Positions 16,109 to 23,973 of a stretch of 24,992 nucleotides of DNA are shown here, piece after piece. The stretch's first letter is position 1. Each line of letters opens with the position of its first letter. The notes below the pieces were generated by a model that saw only the letters and a program-made list of their open reading frames with translations, had not been told where the DNA came from and searched no databases. The stretch comes from Promethearchaeota archaeon (GTDB lineage Archaea > Asgardarchaeota > Lokiarchaeia > Sigyniarchaeales > SOKP01): NCBI GenBank assembly GCA_016930515.1, contig JAFGGO010000107.1, positions 1 through 24,992 on the forward strand, given 5' to 3'. The position numbers and the translations under genes are program-made.

Positions 16109-17675
16109 TATCCTAATTATAACTGGTGAGCAAAGTAAAGCCATCGTAGAAGAGATCGTAAAATCGATTAAAAATCACGATATAACTGTTTACATGGCGC
16201 CTATTTCGGTTTCAGCGTTTTTATCGGAACAAATGACCGATGAAATTATTAATACTATTTCTTTAAGTGATTATTCCCTAATCCTTATTCCTGGATTTGT
16301 TCAATGGGATACTTCTCAATTAGAAAAAAAATATTCAATCAAAATTCGGAAAGGTCCAGAATTTGCTTCAGACATTCCCACAATAATTAAAAACATTGAT
16401 ATTATTGAATTATCAAATGAAATACCTGCTAATAGACTCTACGAAGCATCTGGTAGATCATTATATCATCAAATTGTTAAAGACGCATTTCTTCAAGCTG
16501 AAAAATCTTTAGATCAATCAACATTCTATATTAACCAGAATCGCTCGAATATCATAATAGGGGGTGGGCTACCTCCCCCTATCATTGCAGAGATCGTAAA
16601 TTCTACCGAAAAGAGCGATGAAAATATTTTAAAAAAAGCTAAGCACTACATCAAATCTGGTGCAAGCATCATTGATATAGGTTGCATATCAAATAAACCA
16701 AATCCAGAAAGAGTTAAAAAAATAATATCATTCCTTAGAGAAAAATTTGAAGTTTTATTGAGCGTGGATTCAATGGATCCAGGTGAAATTTTAGCCGCCG
16801 CTGAAGCTGGTATTGATCTCGTGTTAAGCGTTGATCTTGGAAATTATGGTGATTTATTAAGCCTTCCTAGAGATCTTACTCTCGTTATTTTACCAACAAA
16901 TGTAAAACAAGGATATTTCCCAAAGAATCCGTCTGAACGGGTTAAAAACTTACTCGATCTTACGAAAATATTATTAAAACTCGGATTTACAAAACTCATT
17001 GCAGATCCCTTGTTAGAATCTCCCATAGCACCTGGAATTTCCATATCGCTTGAAACCTATTTTCTTTACAACATGACAGTTTCCAAGGGAAATAATAAAG
17101 AATTACGCTTACCACTCTTCTTTGGGGTTTCGAATGTGGTAGAACTCGTGGATGTTGATTCTATTGGTATAAATGGCCTTCTTGCCGCTATTGCTATAGA
17201 ATTAAATGTTGGCGTTTTATTTACCGTGGAACATAGCGCTAAACTAATGAACGGAGTAAGGGAGCTAAAAGAATGTGTAAAACTGTGTTATCTTTCAAGA
17301 ACTAAAAAAGTTCCTCCAATAAATATAGGTATTGATTATTTTAGCGCCAAGGGAAAAATTAATCCAATTTCCCTTGATATTGATGAAAAAAGATCAATCG
17401 TTGTCAAGGAGCCAAACAAAGGTTATTTAATGGATGAAAAAGGATATTTCAAGATATATGTAAATCATTATGCAGGATTAATCTATGTATTATTTTTTTC
17501 TAATCAACACGAATTGAAATCATCCTTAATGGGACAAGACGCAGAATCTTTGAGTAAGAAAATTTTGGAATTGAAATTAACAACTGATATCTACCACGCA
17601 AATTATATAGGTCGGGAGTTAAGAATGGCAGAATTTTGCTTATTGTCAGGAAAACCTTACCTACAAGATGAATAA
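16104..17675 (+). CDS. Dihydropteroate synthase-like protein (N-terminal domain, pterin-binding TIM barrel, DUF4346-like C-terminus)
   Basis: IIAEI, GASIIDIG, SVDSMD, IADPLL, PLFFGVSNVVELVDVDSIGING, TVEHS.K, DEKGYFKIY, HANYIGREL...YLQDE. The frame opens at ATT 16104 (INILIITG), 30 codons upstream of the first ATG at 16194. Confidence 0.85.
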   Translation: MNILIITGEQSKAIVEEIVKSIKNHDITVYMAPISVSAFLSEQMTDEIINTISLSDYSLILIPGFVQWDTSQLEKKYSIKIRKGPEFASDIPTIIKNIDIIELSNEIPANRLYEASGRSLYHQIVKDAFLQAEKSLDQSTFYINQNRSNIIIGGGLPPPIIAEIVNSTEKSDENILKKAKHYIKSGASIIDIGCISNKPNPERVKKIISFLREKFEVLLSVDSMDPGEILAAAEAGIDLVLSVDLGNYGDLLSLPRDLTLVILPTNVKQGYFPKNPSERVKNLLDLTKILLKLGFTKLIADPLLESPIAPGISISLETYFLYNMTVSKGNNKELRLPLFFGVSNVVELVDVDSIGINGLLAAIAIELNVGVLFTVEHSAKLMNGVRELKECVKLCYLSRTKKVPPINIGIDYFSAKGKINPISLDIDEKRSIVVKEPNKGYLMDEKGYFKIYVNHYAGLIYVLFFSNQHELKSSLMGQDAESLSKKILELKLTTDIYHANYIGRELRMAEFCLLSGKPYLQDE

Positions 17676-17771
17676 CGCTATGGAAATATTTTTATAGTTC
17701 CTCCAAACTATTTTAACTGGAGTTTAAATATTGTTAATTGCATTAAAATAATGATTTCGAGCGTGTATTAA

Positions 17772-18413
17772 ATGAAAATAGGCATTATTGGTACGGGTAA
17801 GGTTGGAACGAGTTTAGGAAAAATTTGGTTTGAAAAAGGTCAAGAAATATTTTTTGGCTCAAGAGATCCCTACAAAGCAAGCAAATTGGCTGAAACTTTT
17901 AACGATAAAATTATAACGGGAACACATGCAGATGCCTCCAAATTCGGAGAAATTATAGTACTCGCAATTCCATGGTCTGCCGCAGAGGAAACCATTTCTT
18001 CTTTAGGCGATCTTAGCGGGAAAATAATTATAGATGTGATAAACGCCGTTGCACCGAATCTAGGAGGATTATTGATTGGTCATACAACTTCTGCGGCTGA
18101 AAAAATTCAAAGCTGGGCTAAAGGGGCTAAAGTGGTGAAAGCTCTAGGTGCATTTGATCCAGAATTTCTTTCAGAAGTTAAAAATAGGACGCCAAAACCA
18201 AGTCTTTTTATATCAGGAGACGATGCACAGGCAAAGTCTAAAGCAAAACAACTAGGAGAACTCATAGGATTTGAAGTCGTGGATTGCGGTCCTCTTAAGA
18301 ATGCGAGATTGCTCGAACCAGTTGGAATGTTATGGATCGAACTTGCTTATAATCAAGGTATGGGTCCTGGAATTGCTTTTAAGTTATTACACCATAGAAA
18401 ATTGCCCGAATAA
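17772..18413 (+). CDS. NADP oxidoreductase, F420-dependent family (Fno/NpdG-like)
   Basis: MKIGIIGTGKVG Rossmann motif, GSRDP, LAIPW, GKIIIDVIN, AKVVKA, GDDAQAK, DCGPLKNARLLEP. Confidence 0.8.
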   Translation: MKIGIIGTGKVGTSLGKIWFEKGQEIFFGSRDPYKASKLAETFNDKIITGTHADASKFGEIIVLAIPWSAAEETISSLGDLSGKIIIDVINAVAPNLGGLLIGHTTSAAEKIQSWAKGAKVVKALGAFDPEFLSEVKNRTPKPSLFISGDDAQAKSKAKQLGELIGFEVVDCGPLKNARLLEPVGMLWIELAYNQGMGPGIAFKLLHHRKLPE

Positions 18414-18421
18414 TAATAAAA

Positions 18422-18709
18422 TTAAATAATTTCGGAACAAACCTCGATTATAGCCCCAGGTTCGAGGAGAGGATTAAATTCAACCATATTCGTCCTTAAA
18501 TTCTTATTATGCGCCTCAAAAGCCTCCTTGTTGGCGTATTTTTCGTAAAAAAGAATGACATTTTTCTCTTTTTGAACCGTGTGTGTGATGTATTCCAAGC
18601 ATCCAGGTTCTGACGCCTTTATTTTCGGGATGACTTTCTTCAATATTGAAATTGCTTCTTCCATTTTTCCTTCTTTTACTACGACCCGAGCAATAATCGT
18701 AATTGTCAT
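18422..18709 (-). CDS. Antibiotic biosynthesis monooxygenase (ABM)/YgiN-like protein
   Basis: IIARVVVKEGK, SEPGCLEY, FYEKYANKEAFEAH; 95 aa. Confidence 0.85.
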   Translation of the reverse strand: MTITIIARVVVKEGKMEEAISILKKVIPKIKASEPGCLEYITHTVQKEKNVILFYEKYANKEAFEAHNKNLRTNMVEFNPLLEPGAIIEVCSEII

Positions 18710-18839
18710 GATATTTTTTCTCTTTTCATTTATATATTTTTAAATTCGATATTTAGCAAGGTTTTTGCTTGCTTTATAATTTTACTAATTAACATTCAAA
18801 AATGTTTTAAAAAATTATGGGGAAGAAGTAAATCGATTT

Positions 18840-18986
18840 ATGAGTAAGAGCTCAGCGTTAGGTATTAGTGGGATTATCATAGGTGCAGCAGGTTTGGGAT
18901 TAACTTGATTTACTTTTGGTCTTAATCAGGTTCAAAACACTGATAATGACTTGTTTTTCTATTTTAAAATAAATAAAGAGGCGTAA
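18840..18986 (+). pseudogene. Remnant of a single-pass membrane-anchored protein with an internal TGA (or a 22-aa peptide)
   Basis: ATG 18840 reads MSKSSALGISGIIIGAAGLGLT*FTFGLNQVQNTDNDLFFYFKINKEA*; TGA at 18906-18908 interrupts the hydrophobic helix. Not in the ORF track. Confidence 0.4.
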
Positions 18987-19042
18987 AAACATTATTTTAA
19001 AAAGAGTAGAGTTAATTTAATAAATTTAATATTTAATGAAAT

Positions 19043-19309
19043 TTATCTCCATCTTTTTTTCTTTTTCTTGCGCGTGATACCATCACCCTCGATTTTAGGG
19101 GTTATATCAACATCACACTCGGCAACGATAAACGCTAAATATACGGGGCCATAATTTCCAAAACGGGGATCAGAATGGACAGAGAAATTAATATCAATCA
19201 CTTTTGCGTTATTATCTGAGTCGCGCAAAATTCTTAAATTTTTATTGAGTTTTCTTGTAAACTCTGAAGGGTCGTCGTATTGACCTCCGACCACATACAC
19301 TTGCTTCAT
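19043..19309 (-). CDS. Small hypothetical protein, Cse60/DUF2758-like pattern, polybasic C-terminal tail (may start at ATA 19345)
   Basis: beta-alpha-beta-beta pattern (QVYVV, EFTRKLNKNL, VIDINFSV, YLAFIV); ends in RKKKKKRWR. Confidence 0.6.
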   Translation of the reverse strand: MKQVYVVGGQYDDPSEFTRKLNKNLRILRDSDNNAKVIDINFSVHSDPRFGNYGPVYLAFIVAECDVDITPKIEGDGITRKKKKKRWR

Positions 19310-19479
19310 CCTGATAATATTCTCAAACGGAGTAATCTTTTCTATTTTTCTTCACCTTTGGGATTCGATTTTGATGAATTTATTTTAAGGAAAATTCACA
19401 TTTTCTGGTATTTAATTAAAGGATAAAGCACTCTTATATTTTTAATTTTTATGTTAGAACTAAAAAAAATTATTTTTTG

Positions 19480-20613
19480 TTAATAAATCGAAATAATATT
19501 ATATAAAGTATCTCTTTGTGCGGGAATCTTTCCTGCTCCTTTGATGATTTCGATTATCTGGCTAGGAGGCAAATATTCTCCGTGAACTGCACCAGCGCTT
19601 TTTGAAATGTTCTCTTCCATTAAAGTACCCGAAAAATCGTTTACTCCGTAATTAAGAGATTCTTGGGCTAATTTTGGTCCTAATTTAACCCAGGAACATT
19701 GCAGATTTTCGATGTAATTATTAAAAAAGATCCTTGAAACAGCGTAAAGCCTGAAATCGTCGATATAATCGTGATGTTTTAATGGATGCTCTACCGACTT
19801 GGACAATATGGGATTTTCCTTCATGTAAACTAATGGAACGAATTCCGTGAAACCCTTCGTTTCTTTTTGGATGTTTCTTAATATTTCGAGATGTTCTACT
19901 ATGTGATTCAGATCCTCGATATGTCCGTACATCATTGTTGAGGTTGTTGGAATGTCTATTTCGTGGGCTATTTTTATAACATCTATCCATTGTGCCGTAT
20001 TTATTTTAGAAGGACAAATAATGCGTCTAATCTCGTCAACTAATATCTCCGCCGCCGTTCCTGGCATGGAGCCTAGTCCGGCCTTTTTGAGCTCTTTAAG
20101 AGTGCTTTCAATTGAATCTCCAGTTAATAGCGACATGTGGAACACTTCTTCGGGAGAATAGGCGTGAATGTGAATACCGGAATTTATTTTTTTAATAGTT
20201 TTTAATATATTTTTATAAAATTCAAAATCTACCTCTAGATTAATTCCTCCTTGCACGCAAATTTCGGTACAGTTAAATTTTAAGGCTTCAAGAACCTTTT
20301 TCTCGATTTCGTCGATTGAGAGCAGATATGCTTCGGAGGAATCCCGTGGAACGCTAAAAGAACAGAACTTGCATCCGTGATTACAAATATTTGTAAAATT
20401 AATGTTTCGGTTTACGACAAATGAAACCATATTTTTCTTCTTTTCGGAGCATATTTCTGTTGCTACATGTTGGAGAGCGAGTAATTCGTTTCCTTTTGCT
20501 TTCAATAATTTCAAGGCGTCGTTTGGGGGTATTTCGTCTCCTTTTAAAGCAGATAATAGGATCTTCTTCACGCTAGACCTTGCTTGATCGATCAACTGGT
20601 ACGATACAGTCAT
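19480..20613 (-). CDS. cofH: FO synthase subunit 2 (radical SAM)
   Basis: VNRNINFTNICNHGCKFCSF, VQGG, HIHAYSPEE, SMPGTAAEIL, TMMYGHIE, FTEFVPL, QCSWVKLG, NDFSGTLMEENISKSAGA. Adjacent to cofG. Confidence 0.92.
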   Translation of the reverse strand: MTVSYQLIDQARSSVKKILLSALKGDEIPPNDALKLLKAKGNELLALQHVATEICSEKKKNMVSFVVNRNINFTNICNHGCKFCSFSVPRDSSEAYLLSIDEIEKKVLEALKFNCTEICVQGGINLEVDFEFYKNILKTIKKINSGIHIHAYSPEEVFHMSLLTGDSIESTLKELKKAGLGSMPGTAAEILVDEIRRIICPSKINTAQWIDVIKIAHEIDIPTTSTMMYGHIEDLNHIVEHLEILRNIQKETKGFTEFVPLVYMKENPILSKSVEHPLKHHDYIDDFRLYAVSRIFFNNYIENLQCSWVKLGPKLAQESLNYGVNDFSGTLMEENISKSAGAVHGEYLPPSQIIEIIKGAGKIPAQRDTLYNIISIY

Positions 20614-21714
20614 TTATAAGATTATATTATTAATTTTTTTTTTAATAGTTTCCGAACAAAACCCTGGTTTATTAATGAATTTCTCGTAGATTGGTAATCT
20701 TTCAACTAATTTATATCCAATATTATTGCAGGAATTTTCTAATCTCGAAATTTGTGGCCATGGTTGAGAAGGATTGACTAAATCTTCCGTGAAGGGCGAA
20801 ATTCCTCCAAAATCGTCAATGCCCATTTCGATAAATTCTTTTTCCATTCCTGGAACTAGATTGGGTGGAATTTGAACGGATATGTTGTTTTCAAATAAAA
20901 TTTTCGCAATACCTACAATTTTAAGCATTTCCTCAAAATCAAGAGGTGCAATCGGTTTATAAGGAATACCTGGTTTTTCAACGAAATTTTGAACGATAAC
21001 TTCTTGGATGTGTCCATATTCTTCGTGAATCTGTTTGATGAGTATCAAGTCTTTAATTCTTTCTTCGATAGTTTCACCTATACCTAGTAATAATCCCGTT
21101 GTAAACGGGATTTTTAGCTTTCCTGCGTTTTTAATGTGCTCGATTCTTTTTTCTGGAATCTTTCCAGGAGACGATTCGTGCACTCCACCTTTTTGAAAGA
21201 GTTTTGGGCTTGTACTTTCTAACATAAGCCCCATGCTTGCGTTGAAATCCTTTAATTCGCGCATCTCTTCGAAAGATAACATTCCAATATTTGTATGGGG
21301 TAAGAAGTTAAAATCGAGCAAGTAAGTACAAATGTCCTTAACGAATTCTATGAAATCACTACACCCCTGTTGTTCTAATTTTTCTTTAACTTCTGGAAAG
21401 CTATCTGGTCTTTCTCCTGAGATGAGAAGTGCTTCTTTGCAATCGTAATGTAACGCTTGTTGGATCAAGGTAACCATTCTCTCGTTGTCCAACACTATGA
21501 TATTTCCCTCGCCGTTGATTTTTGGGATTTTATAGTTAAAAAAACAATAACCACATTGATTTTCGCAGTAGTTAGAAAGTGAAAGCGTGAAATTTCTGGA
21601 ATATGTGATGATATTTCGCTTTTCTTCAGGAAGTCTGGATTTAATCTCTACAACTTGTTGCTTTATTTCCTTGATGGAGAGAGTATTTAACTTTTCGAGA
21701 GTATTATCTATCAT
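20614..21714 (-). CDS. cofG: FO synthase subunit 1 (radical SAM)
   Basis: TYSRN, CENQCGYC, LPHTNIG, ASMGLMLE, PFTTGLLLGIGE, HIQEVIVQNF, QIPPNL, DDFGGISP, VNP..PWP, ERLPIY. Its TAA abuts the cofH ATG. Confidence 0.92.
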   Translation of the reverse strand: MIDNTLEKLNTLSIKEIKQQVVEIKSRLPEEKRNIITYSRNFTLSLSNYCENQCGYCFFNYKIPKINGEGNIIVLDNERMVTLIQQALHYDCKEALLISGERPDSFPEVKEKLEQQGCSDFIEFVKDICTYLLDFNFLPHTNIGMLSFEEMRELKDFNASMGLMLESTSPKLFQKGGVHESSPGKIPEKRIEHIKNAGKLKIPFTTGLLLGIGETIEERIKDLILIKQIHEEYGHIQEVIVQNFVEKPGIPYKPIAPLDFEEMLKIVGIAKILFENNISVQIPPNLVPGMEKEFIEMGIDDFGGISPFTEDLVNPSQPWPQISRLENSCNNIGYKLVERLPIYEKFINKPGFCSETIKKKINNIIL

Positions 21715-21718
21715 TTCT

Positions 21719-22393
21719 TTATTTCCTCGTATATCTTAAAATTATATAATTATCCCTAGAACGAACATTAGTTAATATGAAACGAGGTGCCTTGAGCATG
21801 CTATCAAATCCTTCTCCTTCAACGAGACTAGTTGCTTCCTTTCCTCCAACGACCCAAGGAGCGATGGTGAGTCTCATTTCGTCTATTAAATCGTCATTAA
21901 TAAAACTCCAGTTCAATGTACCCCCGCCTTCTAATAAAATCGATTTGATTCCTAATTCAGATAAAAGGGGCATCAATTTCAATAAATCAACGCGTGAACC
22001 TTTTCCAGCTTGGACAATCTTGACCTTATTTGACTCGAATTCCTTTATCCTTTCTTTAGGGATGTTTTCCGTGGTGCAGATGATTGTTGGATAAGTATCT
22101 GGTTGGAATGTAATCACATTTGATTTTAAGGGTATCGATAAATTACTATCAATAACTATTCGATAATAACCAGAATGGTCGTAATATTTGATGTGGAGTT
22201 TTGGATCGTCCTTGAGGATTGTTCCCTTTCCGACCAGTATAGCGTCAACTTCGGTGCGAAGTTTATGAACTTCTCGCCAGTCTTCTTCATCTGATAACTC
22301 GGGATCTCCTGCTTTAGACGCAATCTTTCCATCAATGGTCATTGCGGCACTTAAAATGAGGTAGGGTTTGCTCAAATAGATCAAGAAATTCAA
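21719..22393 (-). CDS. arfC: 2,5-diamino-6-ribosylamino-4(3H)-pyrimidinone 5'-phosphate reductase (stand-alone RibD C-terminal reductase)
   Basis: KPYLILSAAMTIDGKIA, VHKLR..VDAILVGKGTILKDDPKL, RIVIDS, LLEGGGTLNWS, GGKEATSLVEGEG. No deaminase domain. Confidence 0.88.
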   Translation of the reverse strand: MNFLIYLSKPYLILSAAMTIDGKIASKAGDPELSDEEDWREVHKLRTEVDAILVGKGTILKDDPKLHIKYYDHSGYYRIVIDSNLSIPLKSNVITFQPDTYPTIICTTENIPKERIKEFESNKVKIVQAGKGSRVDLLKLMPLLSELGIKSILLEGGGTLNWSFINDDLIDEMRLTIAPWVVGGKEATSLVEGEGFDSMLKAPRFILTNVRSRDNYIILRYTRK

Positions 22394-22502
22394 TTAATTC
22401 CTATCGTATTATCTGGTATAAGGAATGAAGAGATAAAAATATCATCCAATTAATTTACAAATTTCAAAATTTTAATTTCGGGATAATAGAGCTTTAATTA
22501 AC

Positions 22503-23672
22503 CTAAAAAAACCTTCCTCGTGAGTTATTTTCAAAAACAAGTTTTCCATTGATGAATACTTGCTTGATATTATGAGATCCTGTTCTCTGAACTATTAGAG
22601 TTGGAAGGATCTCTCTATTAAGTTGGCAATAATAATTTGAATCTTCCAAATCGATTACAAAAAAATCTGCTTTTTTACCTTTTGAAATAGATCCAATATT
22701 TGAATCTAGTTTAAAAATCCTTGCGGGATTAATGGTCACCATCTTTAACAATTCAAGTGGTGTTAAAAGACTCGAATCACTATCCTTGCCTAATACCCTT
22801 GCTATTCGATACAAATATCGTAGTTCCTCGAATAAATCTGGACTATTTGCCATGAGATTGTCGGTACCGATTGCTATTGGGACCTTCAAACTTAGAACTT
22901 CAAGAACGGGCGGAAATCCAACGCCAAAATAACCATTACATCTTGGACAAAGAACCAATGAAATATTCTTCCTAATAATCATTTCGATATCTTTTTTTAT
23001 TAATTGAGTTCCGTGAATCATCACATCAATAAGTTGGTCATTAACTATTTCGAATATTAACTCTTCGTCTCTTACAACTTCAGCACAATGACAAGCAACT
23101 TGTTTATTTTTAATTTTTTTAATTTCTTTCAAGATATTTTTTTCTTGAATTGAACCGTATTTGTAGCTAGATAAGCCAATTCCGTCAGTTAAATCAAATA
23201 CTACTTCTATTTCATTAACGCTTTTGTATCTTCCAAATATTAAACACTTGATGGAAGAGTCTTCTAACGCCTCTTTTAGTAATTTGGCTCCCGCTTCTCC
23301 CTCCTCGCGAAAATCAAAAAAACAAGTGATTCCATTAGAAAGTAGCTCTCGAATAGCGTGTTTAATGCCTACAATCTTGGTTAATCTATCTGTTATAGAT
23401 AAGAGATAGTGCTTGATGCCATTCGGTGGAGCGACCACGTCCTTGAGTGGCTTGTTGAATCCTTTTTCTTTGGCAAAACTGTCTCCAATATGAATGTGAG
23501 AATTGATAAAACCTGGAACGATTATTTTGTCTCTGAGAATTTTATCTTCGATGTTTTTATGAATTAATTCCACGATATTTCCATTTTCGTCAATTTCTAT
23601 TTGAATATCTTGTTTGAGTTCCAGTTCCTCTCCGATAAAACCGTATTTAAAGAAGAATGTTTTGTTAGACAA
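22503..23672 (-). CDS. Metal-dependent amidohydrolase, deaminase-type
   Basis: PGFINSHIHIGDS (HxH), DFREEG, CHCAE (HxxE), IHG, LCPRCN, IGTDN, GSISKGKKADF. TTG start with AGGTTGA upstream. Confidence 0.85.
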   Translation of the reverse strand: MSNKTFFFKYGFIGEELELKQDIQIEIDENGNIVELIHKNIEDKILRDKIIVPGFINSHIHIGDSFAKEKGFNKPLKDVVAPPNGIKHYLLSITDRLTKIVGIKHAIRELLSNGITCFFDFREEGEAGAKLLKEALEDSSIKCLIFGRYKSVNEIEVVFDLTDGIGLSSYKYGSIQEKNILKEIKKIKNKQVACHCAEVVRDEELIFEIVNDQLIDVMIHGTQLIKKDIEMIIRKNISLVLCPRCNGYFGVGFPPVLEVLSLKVPIAIGTDNLMANSPDLFEELRYLYRIARVLGKDSDSSLLTPLELLKMVTINPARIFKLDSNIGSISKGKKADFFVIDLEDSNYYCQLNREILPTLIVQRTGSHNIKQVFINGKLVFENNSRGRFF

Positions 23673-23973
23673 TAATTCAACCTGTATTAATTTTATAAAT
23701 ATGTAAAATGATTATGTCGATAATATAGTATTGCATGAGGTGGAGAAGTGATATTAAAATAAAATCACTATAGTTAATTTGAGAATCTTTTTTAAATTTG
23801 ACATTAGAATTCGTATAAGGTTTTCTTTAAACGAATATTATTTTATTTATCAATTGGTTTTCTATGTTCTTAAAGATGTATTTTTATAATACTTTACCGT
23901 AGGATATGCCAAAGTGTTAAAATGAATTCATCTTTTTCTTACTCAGAATAAGTGATTATTATCTAGAAATAGC

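Noticed and set aside
16104-17675. Assigning folP or mptH
   Set aside because: It is a multi-domain DHPS-like family whose activity I cannot establish from motifs.
18906-18908. In-frame TGA as selenocysteine
   Set aside because: It lies in a transmembrane helix with no redox motif, and I could not identify a SECIS-like element.
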